From an uncultured bacterium (GTDB lineage Bacteria; Latescibacterota; MWCZ01): a DNA stretch of 64,000 nt. Of this stretch, positions 7,395 to 16,971 are shown in pieces. How positions within the stretch are numbered: the first letter of the stretch is position 1; each line of letters opens with the position of its first letter. The stretch covers positions 31,805 through 95,804 of the forward strand of contig CAZEAI010000003.1 of the NCBI GenBank assembly GCA_964510105.1, read 5' to 3'. The notes under the pieces were generated by a model that did no database searches, had not been told where the DNA came from, and saw nothing but the letters and a program-made list of their open reading frames with translations. The position numbers and the translations under genes are program-made.

Positions 7395-9932
7395 TTACGT
7401 CGAACTGCGCAAGCAAGTAGTAGTAGCCTCGGGCTCCTGCGCGGCGAGCACCGGGTAGCTCGTCAGCGCGCGCCTGAGCCACGCGAATCGCCCCTCCTCG
7501 ATTGCGGCGACGATCCCGCGTTCGATCGAGTCCGCGCCGGGAATGCTCCGACCGGATTCGCGAACGTGTCGGAGAGCGTTAAGCGCCGCTTCGGCGTCCT
7601 GCTCTACCGCCTGACGCGCGTCGTCCGGGAGGGTGACGCGAGCCGACGTTGGGGCGTCGGTGCAGGCGCATGTGAACGACCGCAACTCGTACGAGCCAAG
7701 CTCGAAACGGGCGGCGGCATCGTCGATGGACTCTCCGCTGGCAAGATCGGTCAGCGCGCACGGTGAATTGCCGAGGGAGAGTTCCACCGTCGCTCCAACG
7801 TGGTCGCGATTCACCGCGTAGACGTATCGCTGTCCGTCGACAAGCGCCGTTCGCACTGCGACGGGATCGTTCGACGGGCCGACCTGCTTGAACTTGACGG
7901 CGGGCAGGGCCCGGTACGCCCGGGCGAACGCGGCGATCTCGCCAGTGTGCGCTTTGTCGAGGAATAGCCCGCCGCGCGTGATTTCCAGCGCGTCGAGTTC
8001 GGCCAGCGCGTGGGCGTATGGCTCCAGAAAGTGCTGTGGCGCGGGAAACGCGGGCGTGATACGCAGTTGGGAGTCCCACCAGAACCCATCGTCCGGGTAC
8101 TCGGAGTTGACGCGAAAGATGCCTTCCGCCGGCTCGCCGCCCATGACCGCCAGATCGCGGGCCTGATCGTCGTCGGCGTCCGCCGGGAACCACCGGTGTT
8201 TGCCCCACGCCTCGTGCCACGCGTTGAAGATGAACGCCGACGGCCGCTCCTGCGCCGCTACCGCGCGTAGGGTATCGCCATCGAGGTAGTCGTGGTCACG
8301 GTACATCGTGAACGCGGAGAGGGGTGCGTCCTCCTCAATGGAGGATCCGCGATCGCGGCCACCACCTTCGAGTTGAAGCGTCAACCGGATGCCCGACTCA
8401 TCCTCGTAGAGCGCCGGGTCTATGCCGCCCTCGCGGAACAGCTCGACATTGGTGGGGCGCGCGCCGAGCTGGTGCTCCGGGCCGCCGCTGCCAATCACGG
8501 CGGGGATAAACGGCTCGGACCAGAGGTCCAGCCCCAGCACGAGATCGCTCCGAACGCCGCGGAGTTCGTCGCGCAGCCCGCGCATAAGGTCGCGAACCTT
8601 CGCGCATCGCCACGCGATCCAGGCGGAGCGGCAACGGCTCGTCAGGAACTCGTATCGCGCCGCGAACCGCCCGGGATCACCATCCTCTCCGGGAACGCTG
8701 ACGCCCGTCTCCTGCTCGAACAGGGAGATCGTAAGATCGTCGTATCCGGTGCGAAGAGAGCCGAACCACGTAATCGCCGGCGCCCACATCGAGAGACGCA
8801 CACCGCGGAAAGCCTTGTACGATCCGTACCGCTCGGCGATCTCGCGAACCAGCCCACGGATCGCGTCCTGAACGGTGGGATGCAGGACGTTGAACATCGG
8901 CCCCACGGGATACGGCTGGCGCGTCTTCTCGCCATATGCGTACTGGAAATCCTTCGCGACGCCGACCGATTCGTCGTTCGCCACTAGCTCGTCGTAGTTC
9001 CGGACGTTGTACGTGGGTGTCCAGTCCTGCGTGCCCGCCTGAACATGCCCCGTGGACCGCACCGCGTTGATCGTCTCGGCTCCCGCGTCGACTGCCTGCT
9101 GATCGATGTTCATCCGCTCCATGAGGCTGCCCAGACGCAGGAGCGTCATCACGCCCTCAACCCCGACACCCGCGTCGCCGGCTCGATCAAGCATCATCGC
9201 GAACCAGTCCGCGGGCCGCGAAGTCCAGCGTACGTACTGCCTGCGGTCGGCGGCGACGACCATGTCGAAGTCGCTCACGGGCTCGCGCTCGGAGGGATAG
9301 TGCGGCCCGTGGTACCATACGATGGGGTAGGCGAGGAGATCCTGCCCCGAATGCCGGGCATACGTCAAAACGTTTTCCATCCACTCCTCGCGGCTCGCGG
9401 CGCCCTCGGCGGCGCCGGTTCCGCATGGATCCTCGTACTGAATTCCTATGGCCCGGCGAGGCGTGGCATAGTCCGGGGAGGGAGGCTCGAACGCCGGGAG
9501 ATCGTCGAGTTCGTACACCTCGATCGATGCGGCCGCCGCCGGCTCATCGTGGCCCCACGTCATGAAGACGACGCTGCAATCGGTCCATCGCGGCCAGAAG
9601 ACCTGGCGAACGGTTCGCATCCCGCCGCTGAGCGGATGAGCGAAGCCCGTGTGTACGCCCGTGGACAGATCGTATCCGGTGCCGTCCTGGATGCACATGA
9701 ACCGGCGACGATCGTCCGGGAATGTGATGACCAGCGCGTGCGGGCGCCCCGTCTCCCGGACGGCGAATCGGTAGCCGAACCGCGAGAGCGGGACCCCTTC
9801 GGCTTCCCGATACCGCCCCGCCGGGCCGTCGATAACGCGGACCGCGCCGTTCGCGAAACAGCGTTCGTGCCCGTACTCATCGGTGCAGTCGATCCGCTCA
9901 AGAAGGCGGCCCTCGGTGGTTGCGGGCATCAT
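7395..9932 (-). CDS. large (about 845 aa) hypothetical protein, putative cytoplasmic glycoside-hydrolase-like enzyme co-transcribed with two GH2 genes
   Basis: Long intact ORF; the probable start MMPATTEG at 9932 directly abuts the stop of the upstream GH2 gene. No signal peptide. No family recognised by eye. Confidence 0.5.
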   Translation of the reverse strand: MMPATTEGRLLERIDCTDEYGHERCFANGAVRVIDGPAGRYREAEGVPLSRFGYRFAVRETGRPHALVITFPDDRRRFMCIQDGTGYDLSTGVHTGFAHPLSGGMRTVRQVFWPRWTDCSVVFMTWGHDEPAAAASIEVYELDDLPAFEPPSPDYATPRRAIGIQYEDPCGTGAAEGAASREEWMENVLTYARHSGQDLLAYPIVWYHGPHYPSEREPVSDFDMVVAADRRQYVRWTSRPADWFAMMLDRAGDAGVGVEGVMTLLRLGSLMERMNIDQQAVDAGAETINAVRSTGHVQAGTQDWTPTYNVRNYDELVANDESVGVAKDFQYAYGEKTRQPYPVGPMFNVLHPTVQDAIRGLVREIAERYGSYKAFRGVRLSMWAPAITWFGSLRTGYDDLTISLFEQETGVSVPGEDGDPGRFAARYEFLTSRCRSAWIAWRCAKVRDLMRGLRDELRGVRSDLVLGLDLWSEPFIPAVIGSGGPEHQLGARPTNVELFREGGIDPALYEDESGIRLTLQLEGGGRDRGSSIEEDAPLSAFTMYRDHDYLDGDTLRAVAAQERPSAFIFNAWHEAWGKHRWFPADADDDQARDLAVMGGEPAEGIFRVNSEYPDDGFWWDSQLRITPAFPAPQHFLEPYAHALAELDALEITRGGLFLDKAHTGEIAAFARAYRALPAVKFKQVGPSNDPVAVRTALVDGQRYVYAVNRDHVGATVELSLGNSPCALTDLASGESIDDAAARFELGSYELRSFTCACTDAPTSARVTLPDDARQAVEQDAEAALNALRHVRESGRSIPGADSIERGIVAAIEEGRFAWLRRALTSYPVLAAQEPEATTTCLRSST

Positions 9933-11752
9933 TCGGACCACATCTTTCGCACCGCGTGCGCGGCGTCTTTGGGGCGCCGGTGGAAGTTGAACAGCCCGTA
10001 GCCGAGGTGATATTCGTACGACCAAAGGAAGCGGCGATGCACGTCGTAGTCGGCGAAGCACCAGATGAACCCGCCAATGACGTTCTCCTCGTCCTCAAAG
10101 GCCTCCCAGAACGCGCGAATCTTCGCCGACTGGAAGTACTCGCCGGGAGGATGGTCCGTCATCAAGCCGAACTTCGTCCACTCGCCGAACTCCGCCGCGA
10201 TGATGGGACGATTCGGTACCTGCGCCCGGAGCCCACGCATCTTCTCTCGCAGCCTCGCGACGGGCTGGTCGATGAACTCCGCGCGCGGCGGCTGAGGGCT
10301 GCCCACGTACACGTTTACCGCGCTGATGTCAGTGTGCTCGTGCACCGGGTCGTCCGGCCACTCGTTGCTGCACTCGACGACGGGACGGGTCGAATCGAGT
10401 TCGTGTGCCAGATCCACGAGTTCGACGTTCCCATCCACCGTCTGCTTGGCCAGCGCGACGGAGTCCGGGTCGTCAGGCTTGTGCGACTGCGTGAGGCTCT
10501 CGTTGCTCACGCTCCAGATGAATACGCAAGCATGATTCTTGTAGGTCTTGACGATCTCGCGAAGCTGACCCTTCGCCTGATCCAGCGCCGCCGGGTCGTC
10601 GGTCTCGACCAGCGGCCGGCCCCACTGCCAGAGCGGCACCTCGACCATGTTCAGGATGCCGCGCTCGTCGCACAACTCGTAGAAGCGGCGGTGGTTGGGA
10701 TAGTGGCAGCGCAACGCGTTCGCGCCGAGCCACTGCACGAGATCGAGGTCCGTCCCGAGCTTCGCCGCGTCATGCGTCCGTCCGCTGCCGGGATAGTCCT
10801 CGTGGCGGTTCACACCCTTGATGAAGAACGGTTCGCCGTTGAGCAGCAGCCTGCCACCGTCGACCTTGAATGTCCTGAGCCCGATTCGGTGCGACCACGA
10901 ATCGGCCACGCGATCGCCATCGCACAGCTCAATGCGCAAGTCGTATAGCTCGGGAGAGTCCGGCGTCCAGAGCGACGCATCCGGCACGTCGAAGCGCAGC
11001 TCGGCCCGCGCGGAGCCATCCTCGACGCGCAGCGCGTGGGCACGGACATCCGCCGGTATTTCGACGGGCATTCCCGCCGGGTCCACGAACATCGCAACGA
11101 TGTCCCGATCAGCCGGAGCGCTTGATTCGCTTCGTACATCGACCGAGACGCTCACCGATGCGGCGGCGCCGTCGATATCCGTAACGACGGTGACGTCATC
11201 GATCCACGTCGTGTCCGTGACGCGGAGTGAGACGTCGCGATACAGACCGCCGTGATTCCACCATCCGAACTGGCGCCCGGGCGCTCGGCTCGGCATGGGC
11301 AGGTTGTCCACAGCCACGGCGATGAGGTTGTCTTCACCGTACCGAAGCAGGTGATGCACCGGCATCTCGAACGGGTTGTACCCACCGTCGTGAGCGCCCG
11401 CGTATTCGCCGTTGACGTACACGACCGTGCGGTAGTTCGCGCCCTCGCTGTGGAACACGACCCGGCGACCCTCCCAACCCTTGGGTATCCGGATGGAGCG
11501 ACGGTACCAGCCGTTGCCCTCATAGCTCCATAGGTCGTCGATGGCGGCGTTCCAGCTTGCGGGCACCGGTATGTCGAGCCATTTGGCGTCGTCGAAGCCC
11601 TCGGCAATCCATCCGAGATGCTCGCCCGACATGGACACGACGTTCGGATTCGACGGATCGAAATCCGGATCCATCCACCGCTGGTCGGCGCTGATTTCGT
11701 CGAACGCAGGGCAGAAGCGCCACTGTCCGTTCAAACTCATTTCACTTCGCAT
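9929..11752 (-). CDS. glycoside hydrolase family 2 (beta-galactosidase/beta-glucuronidase-like)
   Basis: GH2 sugar-binding N-terminus (LNGQWRF...WYRR), GH2 TIM-barrel motifs (NALRCHYP, LCDERGILN, WSVSNE). No signal peptide. Confidence 0.8.
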   Translation of the reverse strand: MRSEMSLNGQWRFCPAFDEISADQRWMDPDFDPSNPNVVSMSGEHLGWIAEGFDDAKWLDIPVPASWNAAIDDLWSYEGNGWYRRSIRIPKGWEGRRVVFHSEGANYRTVVYVNGEYAGAHDGGYNPFEMPVHHLLRYGEDNLIAVAVDNLPMPSRAPGRQFGWWNHGGLYRDVSLRVTDTTWIDDVTVVTDIDGAAASVSVSVDVRSESSAPADRDIVAMFVDPAGMPVEIPADVRAHALRVEDGSARAELRFDVPDASLWTPDSPELYDLRIELCDGDRVADSWSHRIGLRTFKVDGGRLLLNGEPFFIKGVNRHEDYPGSGRTHDAAKLGTDLDLVQWLGANALRCHYPNHRRFYELCDERGILNMVEVPLWQWGRPLVETDDPAALDQAKGQLREIVKTYKNHACVFIWSVSNESLTQSHKPDDPDSVALAKQTVDGNVELVDLAHELDSTRPVVECSNEWPDDPVHEHTDISAVNVYVGSPQPPRAEFIDQPVARLREKMRGLRAQVPNRPIIAAEFGEWTKFGLMTDHPPGEYFQSAKIRAFWEAFEDEENVIGGFIWCFADYDVHRRFLWSYEYHLGYGLFNFHRRPKDAAHAVRKMWSE

Positions 11753-11776
11753 TGTGAGCGTCCCCTGGTATCGTCG

Positions 11777-13639
11777 TCAGTCGCGGAAGGTTGGCAGCGC
11801 CGTCCAGACATCGTGCATGGTGTGTGCGCTCACCTTCGCGTTGCGATGGATATCGAACATGCCGTACGCGCAGCGGTACTCGTACACCCACAGGAAGCGC
11901 CGGTGCACGTCGGAGTCGGCGAACGCCCAGACGAAGCCGCCGATGACGTTGTCCTCCTCGAGCATGCCATCCCAGATCGCTTTGATGTTCGCGGCCTGGT
12001 ATTCCTCGCCGGGGAAGTAGTCCGTGCGCATGCCGCGAACTGCCCACGAACCCCATTCCGTCGCGAGGATCGGCTTGTCGGAGAGTTCCGTCCGCTGCTC
12101 GGCGATCTTGGCGCGCGCACGTTCGACGGTGTCGGGAAGCCCGCGCTCGTCATTCACGTTCGTGCCGACGTAGATGTTGATCGCAGTCACATCCGTGTGC
12201 TGGTGCACGGGATCACCGGGCCAGCAGTTGCTGACCTCCACGGCCGGGCGTGTGGGGTCGAGTTCGTGCGCGAGTTCGACAAGCTCGATGTTGCCGTCAG
12301 CGGTCTGCTTCGCCAGCGCCACGACCTCCGGATCATCCGAGCGCGGCACAACGAGGTTCTCGTTGCTCACGCTCCACATGAAGACGCTCGGGTGGTTCTT
12401 CAGAGCGCCGATGATCTCCGTAAGCTGGGCCTTCGCGGCCACCAGCGCGTCGGCGCTTGCCGTTTCGACGAGCGGCCTGCCCCACTGGTAGAGCGGTAGC
12501 TCGACGAGGTTCAGTATGCCGCGCTCGTCGCACAACTCGAAATGGCGCCGGTGCGGCGGGTAGTGACTCCGCAACGCATTCGCGCCGAGCCACTTCACCA
12601 GATCGAGGTCGCGGCTGAGCAACGCCTCGTCGTGCGTGTGCCCCGGACGTCCGTGCCCGGGGTTGTCGCCGGAGTAGTCCTCGTACCGGTTGATCCCCTT
12701 GATGAGGAGCGGTCGGCCGTTGAGCAGCAGCCTGGGGCCATCGACGCGTATCTCCCGCAGGCCGATGCGCATGCTCCACGTATCGCCGTTGTGCTCGTGC
12801 ATCGTGTCGTTGACGGTGAGGACGAGACGATAGAGATGCGGCTCATCCGGCGTCCAGAGCAGGGCGTCGGGCACCGGAAGATTGAGTTCCGCGGCAGCGT
12901 GTCCATCCGCCTCGGCGAGCATCTGCGAACGCGCCGTAGCCGGAAGCAACACGGGCTCACCGGCCGGGTCGAAGAGCTGCACGTCGATGGCGCGATTCGT
13001 TACTTTGCCGCCGTCGCACCTGGCGGTGACGCTCACGCCGACCGAGGCCCCGCCGTCCTCAAGTTTCGTGTCAACCGTCACGTCGTCGATATAGACATTG
13101 TCCGTAATTCGCAGCGACACATCGCGATAGAGCCCGCCGTGGTTCCACCAGTCGAACTGGCCGCCCGGCACGCGATCCTTCTTCGGCTGGTTATCGCACG
13201 AGACGGCGATGACGTTCTCCTCGCCGAATTTCAGCAACCGGTGAATCGGTATCGCGAACGGCGTGTAGCCACCTGAATGCTCGCCGGCTACCTGCCCGTT
13301 GACCGAGACCACGGTACGGTAGTTCGCGCCCTCGCTGAAGAACTCGACGCGCCGGCCTTCCCATTCTCTCGGGATCGCCACGACGCGCCGGAACCATCCG
13401 TGCCCCTCGTAGCTCCAGAGGTCCTCGAATTCGCTGTTCCAGCTTCCGGGAATGGTGATGTCCAGCCAACCGGAATCATCGAAATCGGGGCGCACCCACC
13501 CGATGTCGCCCTCGGTGACCGGCGTGAGATCGGGATTCGCCGGGTCGAAATCCGGATCGAGCCAACGCTGATCCGCACTGATCTGGTCGAACGCGGGACA
13601 GAATCTCCATCGACCGTTCAGGCTCATTTCGATGCGCAT
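11777..13639 (-). CDS. glycoside hydrolase family 2, tandem paralog of the downstream gene
   Basis: Close paralog (N-terminus MRIEMSLNGRWRFCPAFDQISADQRW versus MRSEMSLNGQWRFCPAFDEISADQRW; same motifs NALRSHYP, LCDERGILN, WSVSNE). Confidence 0.8.
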   Translation of the reverse strand: MRIEMSLNGRWRFCPAFDQISADQRWLDPDFDPANPDLTPVTEGDIGWVRPDFDDSGWLDITIPGSWNSEFEDLWSYEGHGWFRRVVAIPREWEGRRVEFFSEGANYRTVVSVNGQVAGEHSGGYTPFAIPIHRLLKFGEENVIAVSCDNQPKKDRVPGGQFDWWNHGGLYRDVSLRITDNVYIDDVTVDTKLEDGGASVGVSVTARCDGGKVTNRAIDVQLFDPAGEPVLLPATARSQMLAEADGHAAAELNLPVPDALLWTPDEPHLYRLVLTVNDTMHEHNGDTWSMRIGLREIRVDGPRLLLNGRPLLIKGINRYEDYSGDNPGHGRPGHTHDEALLSRDLDLVKWLGANALRSHYPPHRRHFELCDERGILNLVELPLYQWGRPLVETASADALVAAKAQLTEIIGALKNHPSVFMWSVSNENLVVPRSDDPEVVALAKQTADGNIELVELAHELDPTRPAVEVSNCWPGDPVHQHTDVTAINIYVGTNVNDERGLPDTVERARAKIAEQRTELSDKPILATEWGSWAVRGMRTDYFPGEEYQAANIKAIWDGMLEEDNVIGGFVWAFADSDVHRRFLWVYEYRCAYGMFDIHRNAKVSAHTMHDVWTALPTFRD

Positions 13640-13729
13640 GTAGTAGTCCTCGTGGTATGTGTCAAGCAGTCGGGAAATGCGTGCTGTGGGAAGATCGCCC
13701 TGTATGTGTAGATATCCGCGACGGACGAG

Positions 13730-14326
13730 TCAACGGGCGGCGGGCGGTTCTTCGAGAGAATCGGTGTGCACCAGAAACGTGACGATATTCCGACCGTACG
13801 TACGCTGGTCTCGCATGGCCAGCGATACAGGGGCGATGCCACCGTCGGTACCCTGCTCGTGGTGGTACACGAGCAACCCTGTGAGTTCGAGCAGGTCCCG
13901 AGCTATCGTGTCGGCAAGCTCGTCGAGCACACCGCGACGCTCCTCCGTCCCCAGTGGAAACGGCGGATCGAAAATCACGACGTCCGCGCGTTCGCCTTCT
14001 TGCGCAATCTGCCGAACCGCGGACGCAGCATCCGTGTTCAGGATGCGGGCGCGATCGGCGACGCGGGTGCGTTCGAGATTCCGCGCGATCGTCTGCGCGC
14101 AGTCGCGGTCGCGATCCACGAACGTGCAGAACGTCGCGCCCCGGCTCAGCGCCTCGATGCCGAGCCCGCCCGTCCCCGCGTAGATATCGATCACCCGTGC
14201 GCCGATCAGGCGCGGGTCGAGTATGCTGAAGACCGACGTCTTCACCCGGTCGGTCATCGACCGCGTCGTCGCGGCGCGAACCTCGTACAGCGGCACGCTT
14301 CGGGCAGTCCCCGCGATCACTCTCAT
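13730..14326 (-). CDS. rsmD: 16S rRNA (guanine966-N2)-methyltransferase RsmD
   Basis: MRVIAGTARS...VIDIYAGTGGLGIEALSRGA...VVIFDPPF motifs typical of RsmD-type N6/N2 MTases. About 198 aa from the internal ATG. Confidence 0.75.
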   Translation of the reverse strand: MRVIAGTARSVPLYEVRAATTRSMTDRVKTSVFSILDPRLIGARVIDIYAGTGGLGIEALSRGATFCTFVDRDRDCAQTIARNLERTRVADRARILNTDAASAVRQIAQEGERADVVIFDPPFPLGTEERRGVLDELADTIARDLLELTGLLVYHHEQGTDGGIAPVSLAMRDQRTYGRNIVTFLVHTDSLEEPPAAR

Positions 14327-14569
14327 CGAACGGATGCCCTGCATATAGTCCCGAACATTCCTTGCCTGCTCCCCGACATGCTGGTATCTTCTGTGGAACC
14401 CCAATCGGTTCCGGTTATTTCCCCATCATTGAAGAATGTAGTGAGGTCGCTCGGCGGAGGCACCCGTTCCTTCGACGGTTTCTCCGCGCGTCCGCGAATC
14501 CGACCTGACCGGATGTCGGAACGGTCCACGACCGTCTCCAGCCGAAAATGCGGATAGAAGGAGTATCAC

Positions 14570-15403
14570 ATGGGTTGTACACTCTTCTGGGAAGCTCAGG
14601 AATTCAGCGGACTTATGCAGGTTCGATGCCGCGACGAACTCATCGCGCTTGCCGAATCGGCCGGCTGGGAGTATGAGGTCACCGAGGACGTTTGGAAGGG
14701 CATCGCGGTGAACCTTAACGCCCGCCCGGAGCGCGCTCGGCCGTTTCGCGCGGAGCTCAGTACGATCGGCGTCACGATGTTCCCGTTCGGCCGCGGCGAG
14801 GATGACTCGCGCCCGCGCCTGCCGTTCGTGTTCGACAACACGACCCTGAACGACCCGGATCTGCGCAACCGCCTCATCACCATCGGCCCGGCGTCGTACT
14901 GGCGCGAGTGGATGCCGCGAGTGAAGAGCCAGTATCCGATTCTCGCCGACGACCGCGAGGAGCCCGTGTTCGGCATCCGCGGCGACGGGCACATGCGCGT
15001 CCGGCGCACTGAGCTACCGGGATTTATCAAGTTCCTGAACACATTGAAGGCCACGGCGCTGCCGCTGCTCGACATCCGCACCAGCGACCGTCTGGCTCGA
15101 AAAATGATCAACGATCCGAACCAGAACCCTCTCGGTCGAGGTGGTCAGCACCGCGTAATCGATCAGGCGACGCTCGACGAACTCGCCGAGGGCCTCGGCG
15201 TGCTGTTCAACGAGTCGAAGTTCGACGACTGGAAACTTGGCCTCGAAACGGAAGACGAGATGGAGCGCGAGCAGGCGAAAGCAAACCGCGCCGCGACGAT
15301 TCCGGACAGAGGCAGGGGGCCACGCGACGGTGGACGAGACACGGGACGAGACGGCGGGCGCGGCGGAGGCCGTGGGGTCTTCGGCGGACCGCGAGGATTC
15401 TGA
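14570..15403 (+). CDS. hypothetical protein with C-terminal RGG/RG-rich low-complexity tail
   Basis: Intact 277-aa ORF preceded by AGGAG. C-terminus DRGRGPRDGGRDTGRDGGRGGGRGVFGGPRGF. It is the first gene of the operon that continues into the polyamine genes. Confidence 0.45.
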   Translation: MGCTLFWEAQEFSGLMQVRCRDELIALAESAGWEYEVTEDVWKGIAVNLNARPERARPFRAELSTIGVTMFPFGRGEDDSRPRLPFVFDNTTLNDPDLRNRLITIGPASYWREWMPRVKSQYPILADDREEPVFGIRGDGHMRVRRTELPGFIKFLNTLKATALPLLDIRTSDRLARKMINDPNQNPLGRGGQHRVIDQATLDELAEGLGVLFNESKFDDWKLGLETEDEMEREQAKANRAATIPDRGRGPRDGGRDTGRDGGRGGGRGVFGGPRGF

Positions 15404-15416
15404 CGCAAGACCGCAG

Positions 15417-16592
15417 ATGACACCGACCGAGATCCTGGAAAGCGCCGCTGTCGGCGCTCGTGTGCGTGAGGGCGCGGAGGGCGTCCGGGCGGTGCTCCGC
15501 GCGGTGCACGTCGCCGGGACGATCGCCACTCGCGATCTCGCCCAATCCGCGAGGCTGCCGCTCCCCGTGGTGGCCGCGATACGAGGCGAACTCGCCAAGC
15601 TCGACGTCATCGAGAAGCGCCCGTCTGGCGCAGGTCTCACCCCGCGCGGGCAGCAACTCGCCGACGAGATGTTCGGAGAGTCGGCAAGCGTCCCGAACGC
15701 CGCGCATTCATCACCCGATGCACCCACCGACCTGCTCGCGAGAGTCCGCGACTTCACGTCCCAACGGCCCGACGCCGACACTACACTCGACCAGGCGAAG
15801 GCAACGCCCGAGACACTCGTTCGGCGGGTCGCCTACCTCGCATCCCACGACGCGCTTACTGGACGCCGCGTGCTCTGCCTCGGCGACGACGACTTCGTCA
15901 CCGGTGCGATTGTAGCATGGACGCAGCTTGAGTCCGATGCCGGGCGAAAGGCGAACCCGGATCGGCTGTGCGCGCTGGACATCGATCCGCGAATCGTATC
16001 CGCGCTCGCTGCACGGGACGGCGTCGAAGCGCACGTCTGGGACGCGCGCGATCCGGTGCCCGACGACCTACGCGGCGCGTTCGACGTGGTCGTTACCGAT
16101 CCGCCGTACACGCTGCCGGGAACGGAGCTGTTCCTCTCACGTGCCGCGGAGGCCGTCGGCGCGCGGCCGGGAACGCGCTGCTACTTCTCCTTCGGACACG
16201 TCGCGCCCCAGGACATGCGAGACATTCAGGCCGCGATGCTGGACATCGGCTGGATCGTGAGCGAGTGGACGCCCGCGTTCAACGAGTATGAAGGGGGCGG
16301 CCTAATCGCCGGTACGTCGCTCCTCGCGGAACTCGTCCTCGCGCCGGACGCGGAATCCATCGTCCCAGGGCATTACGAGGGCGATCTCTACACGTCCGAC
16401 GTGCGTCCAGCGATCTCGACCTACCGGTGCCGCGAGTGCGGTGCGCTCTGCGCCGTGGGTCCGGGCGCGCCGATTTCCACGATTGCCGATCTCAAACGTG
16501 CCGGCTGCTCCGAGTGCGGCGCCGACCGCTTCGTCCGCACGGGGCGGCGAACGGGTGGCGAGCAAGCAAGCGCCCAGGATAGCGCGTCGTGA
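15417..16592 (+). CDS. DUF43-family aminopropyltransferase-like protein (BpsA-like branched/long-chain polyamine synthase) with C-terminal CxxC...CxxC zinc ribbon
   Basis: Class I MTase-like core (RVLCLGDDDF...AFDVVVTDPPYT) characteristic of DUF43/BpsA. C-terminal YRCRECG...GCSECG. ATG at 15417 lies just after the upstream stop; the ORF-track N-extension from 15237 overlaps the upstream gene and is rejected. Confidence 0.55.
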   Translation: MTPTEILESAAVGARVREGAEGVRAVLRAVHVAGTIATRDLAQSARLPLPVVAAIRGELAKLDVIEKRPSGAGLTPRGQQLADEMFGESASVPNAAHSSPDAPTDLLARVRDFTSQRPDADTTLDQAKATPETLVRRVAYLASHDALTGRRVLCLGDDDFVTGAIVAWTQLESDAGRKANPDRLCALDIDPRIVSALAARDGVEAHVWDARDPVPDDLRGAFDVVVTDPPYTLPGTELFLSRAAEAVGARPGTRCYFSFGHVAPQDMRDIQAAMLDIGWIVSEWTPAFNEYEGGGLIAGTSLLAELVLAPDAESIVPGHYEGDLYTSDVRPAISTYRCRECGALCAVGPGAPISTIADLKRAGCSECGADRFVRTGRRTGGEQASAQDSAS

Positions 16593-16966
16593 CCCACGCG
16601 CCGATACACCTCCTTGCGGACTTCATCGTGCAGGATACCGACCTGCTCCACACGCCGGAGCCGGGCGTGCGACACCTCCGGGAGGCCGTCATCGCAGGCG
16701 GTGCCACGGTGCTCCAGCAGCACACGCATCAATTCGAGCCGCGCGGATACTCCGCCGTGCTGATGCTCGCCCAGTCGCATGCCAGCATCCACACGTGGCC
16801 GGAGGATTTTCTCATCTCCATCGACGTGTTCGGCTGCGGCCCGCTCGACCTCGACGCCGTCCTGGACTCGCTGCGTGAGCGGTATCAGCCCGACGCGGAG
16901 CGCACCGTCCGGCACGATCGCGCTGCGGCAGGCGTCACGAATCGTACCGTTCGTACCGACGCCTGA
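16589..16966 (+). CDS. speH: S-adenosylmethionine decarboxylase proenzyme, small pyruvoyl class (SpeH/SpeD-like)
   Basis: Diagnostic proenzyme processing-site motif QSHASIHTWPE (ESHxSIHTWPE). About 125 aa. GTG start overlaps the upstream stop (GTGA), suggesting translational coupling. Confidence 0.75.
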   Translation: MTHAPIHLLADFIVQDTDLLHTPEPGVRHLREAVIAGGATVLQQHTHQFEPRGYSAVLMLAQSHASIHTWPEDFLISIDVFGCGPLDLDAVLDSLRERYQPDAERTVRHDRAAAGVTNRTVRTDA

Positions 16967-16971
16967 GACCC

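Noticed and set aside
8292-10948. Several 200-340-aa plus-strand ORFs (8292..8987, 9045..10001, 9920..10948)
   Set aside because: All are antisense to the 888-aa ORF and GH2 genes. They are low-complexity Arg/Pro/Ala-rich, typical GC-frame artefacts.
15237-15416. N-terminal extension of the DUF43 gene overlapping the RGG-protein gene by about 170 bp
   Set aside because: The extension is Arg/Ala-rich out-of-frame read-through of the upstream gene. A clean ATG at 15417 follows the upstream stop at 15403.
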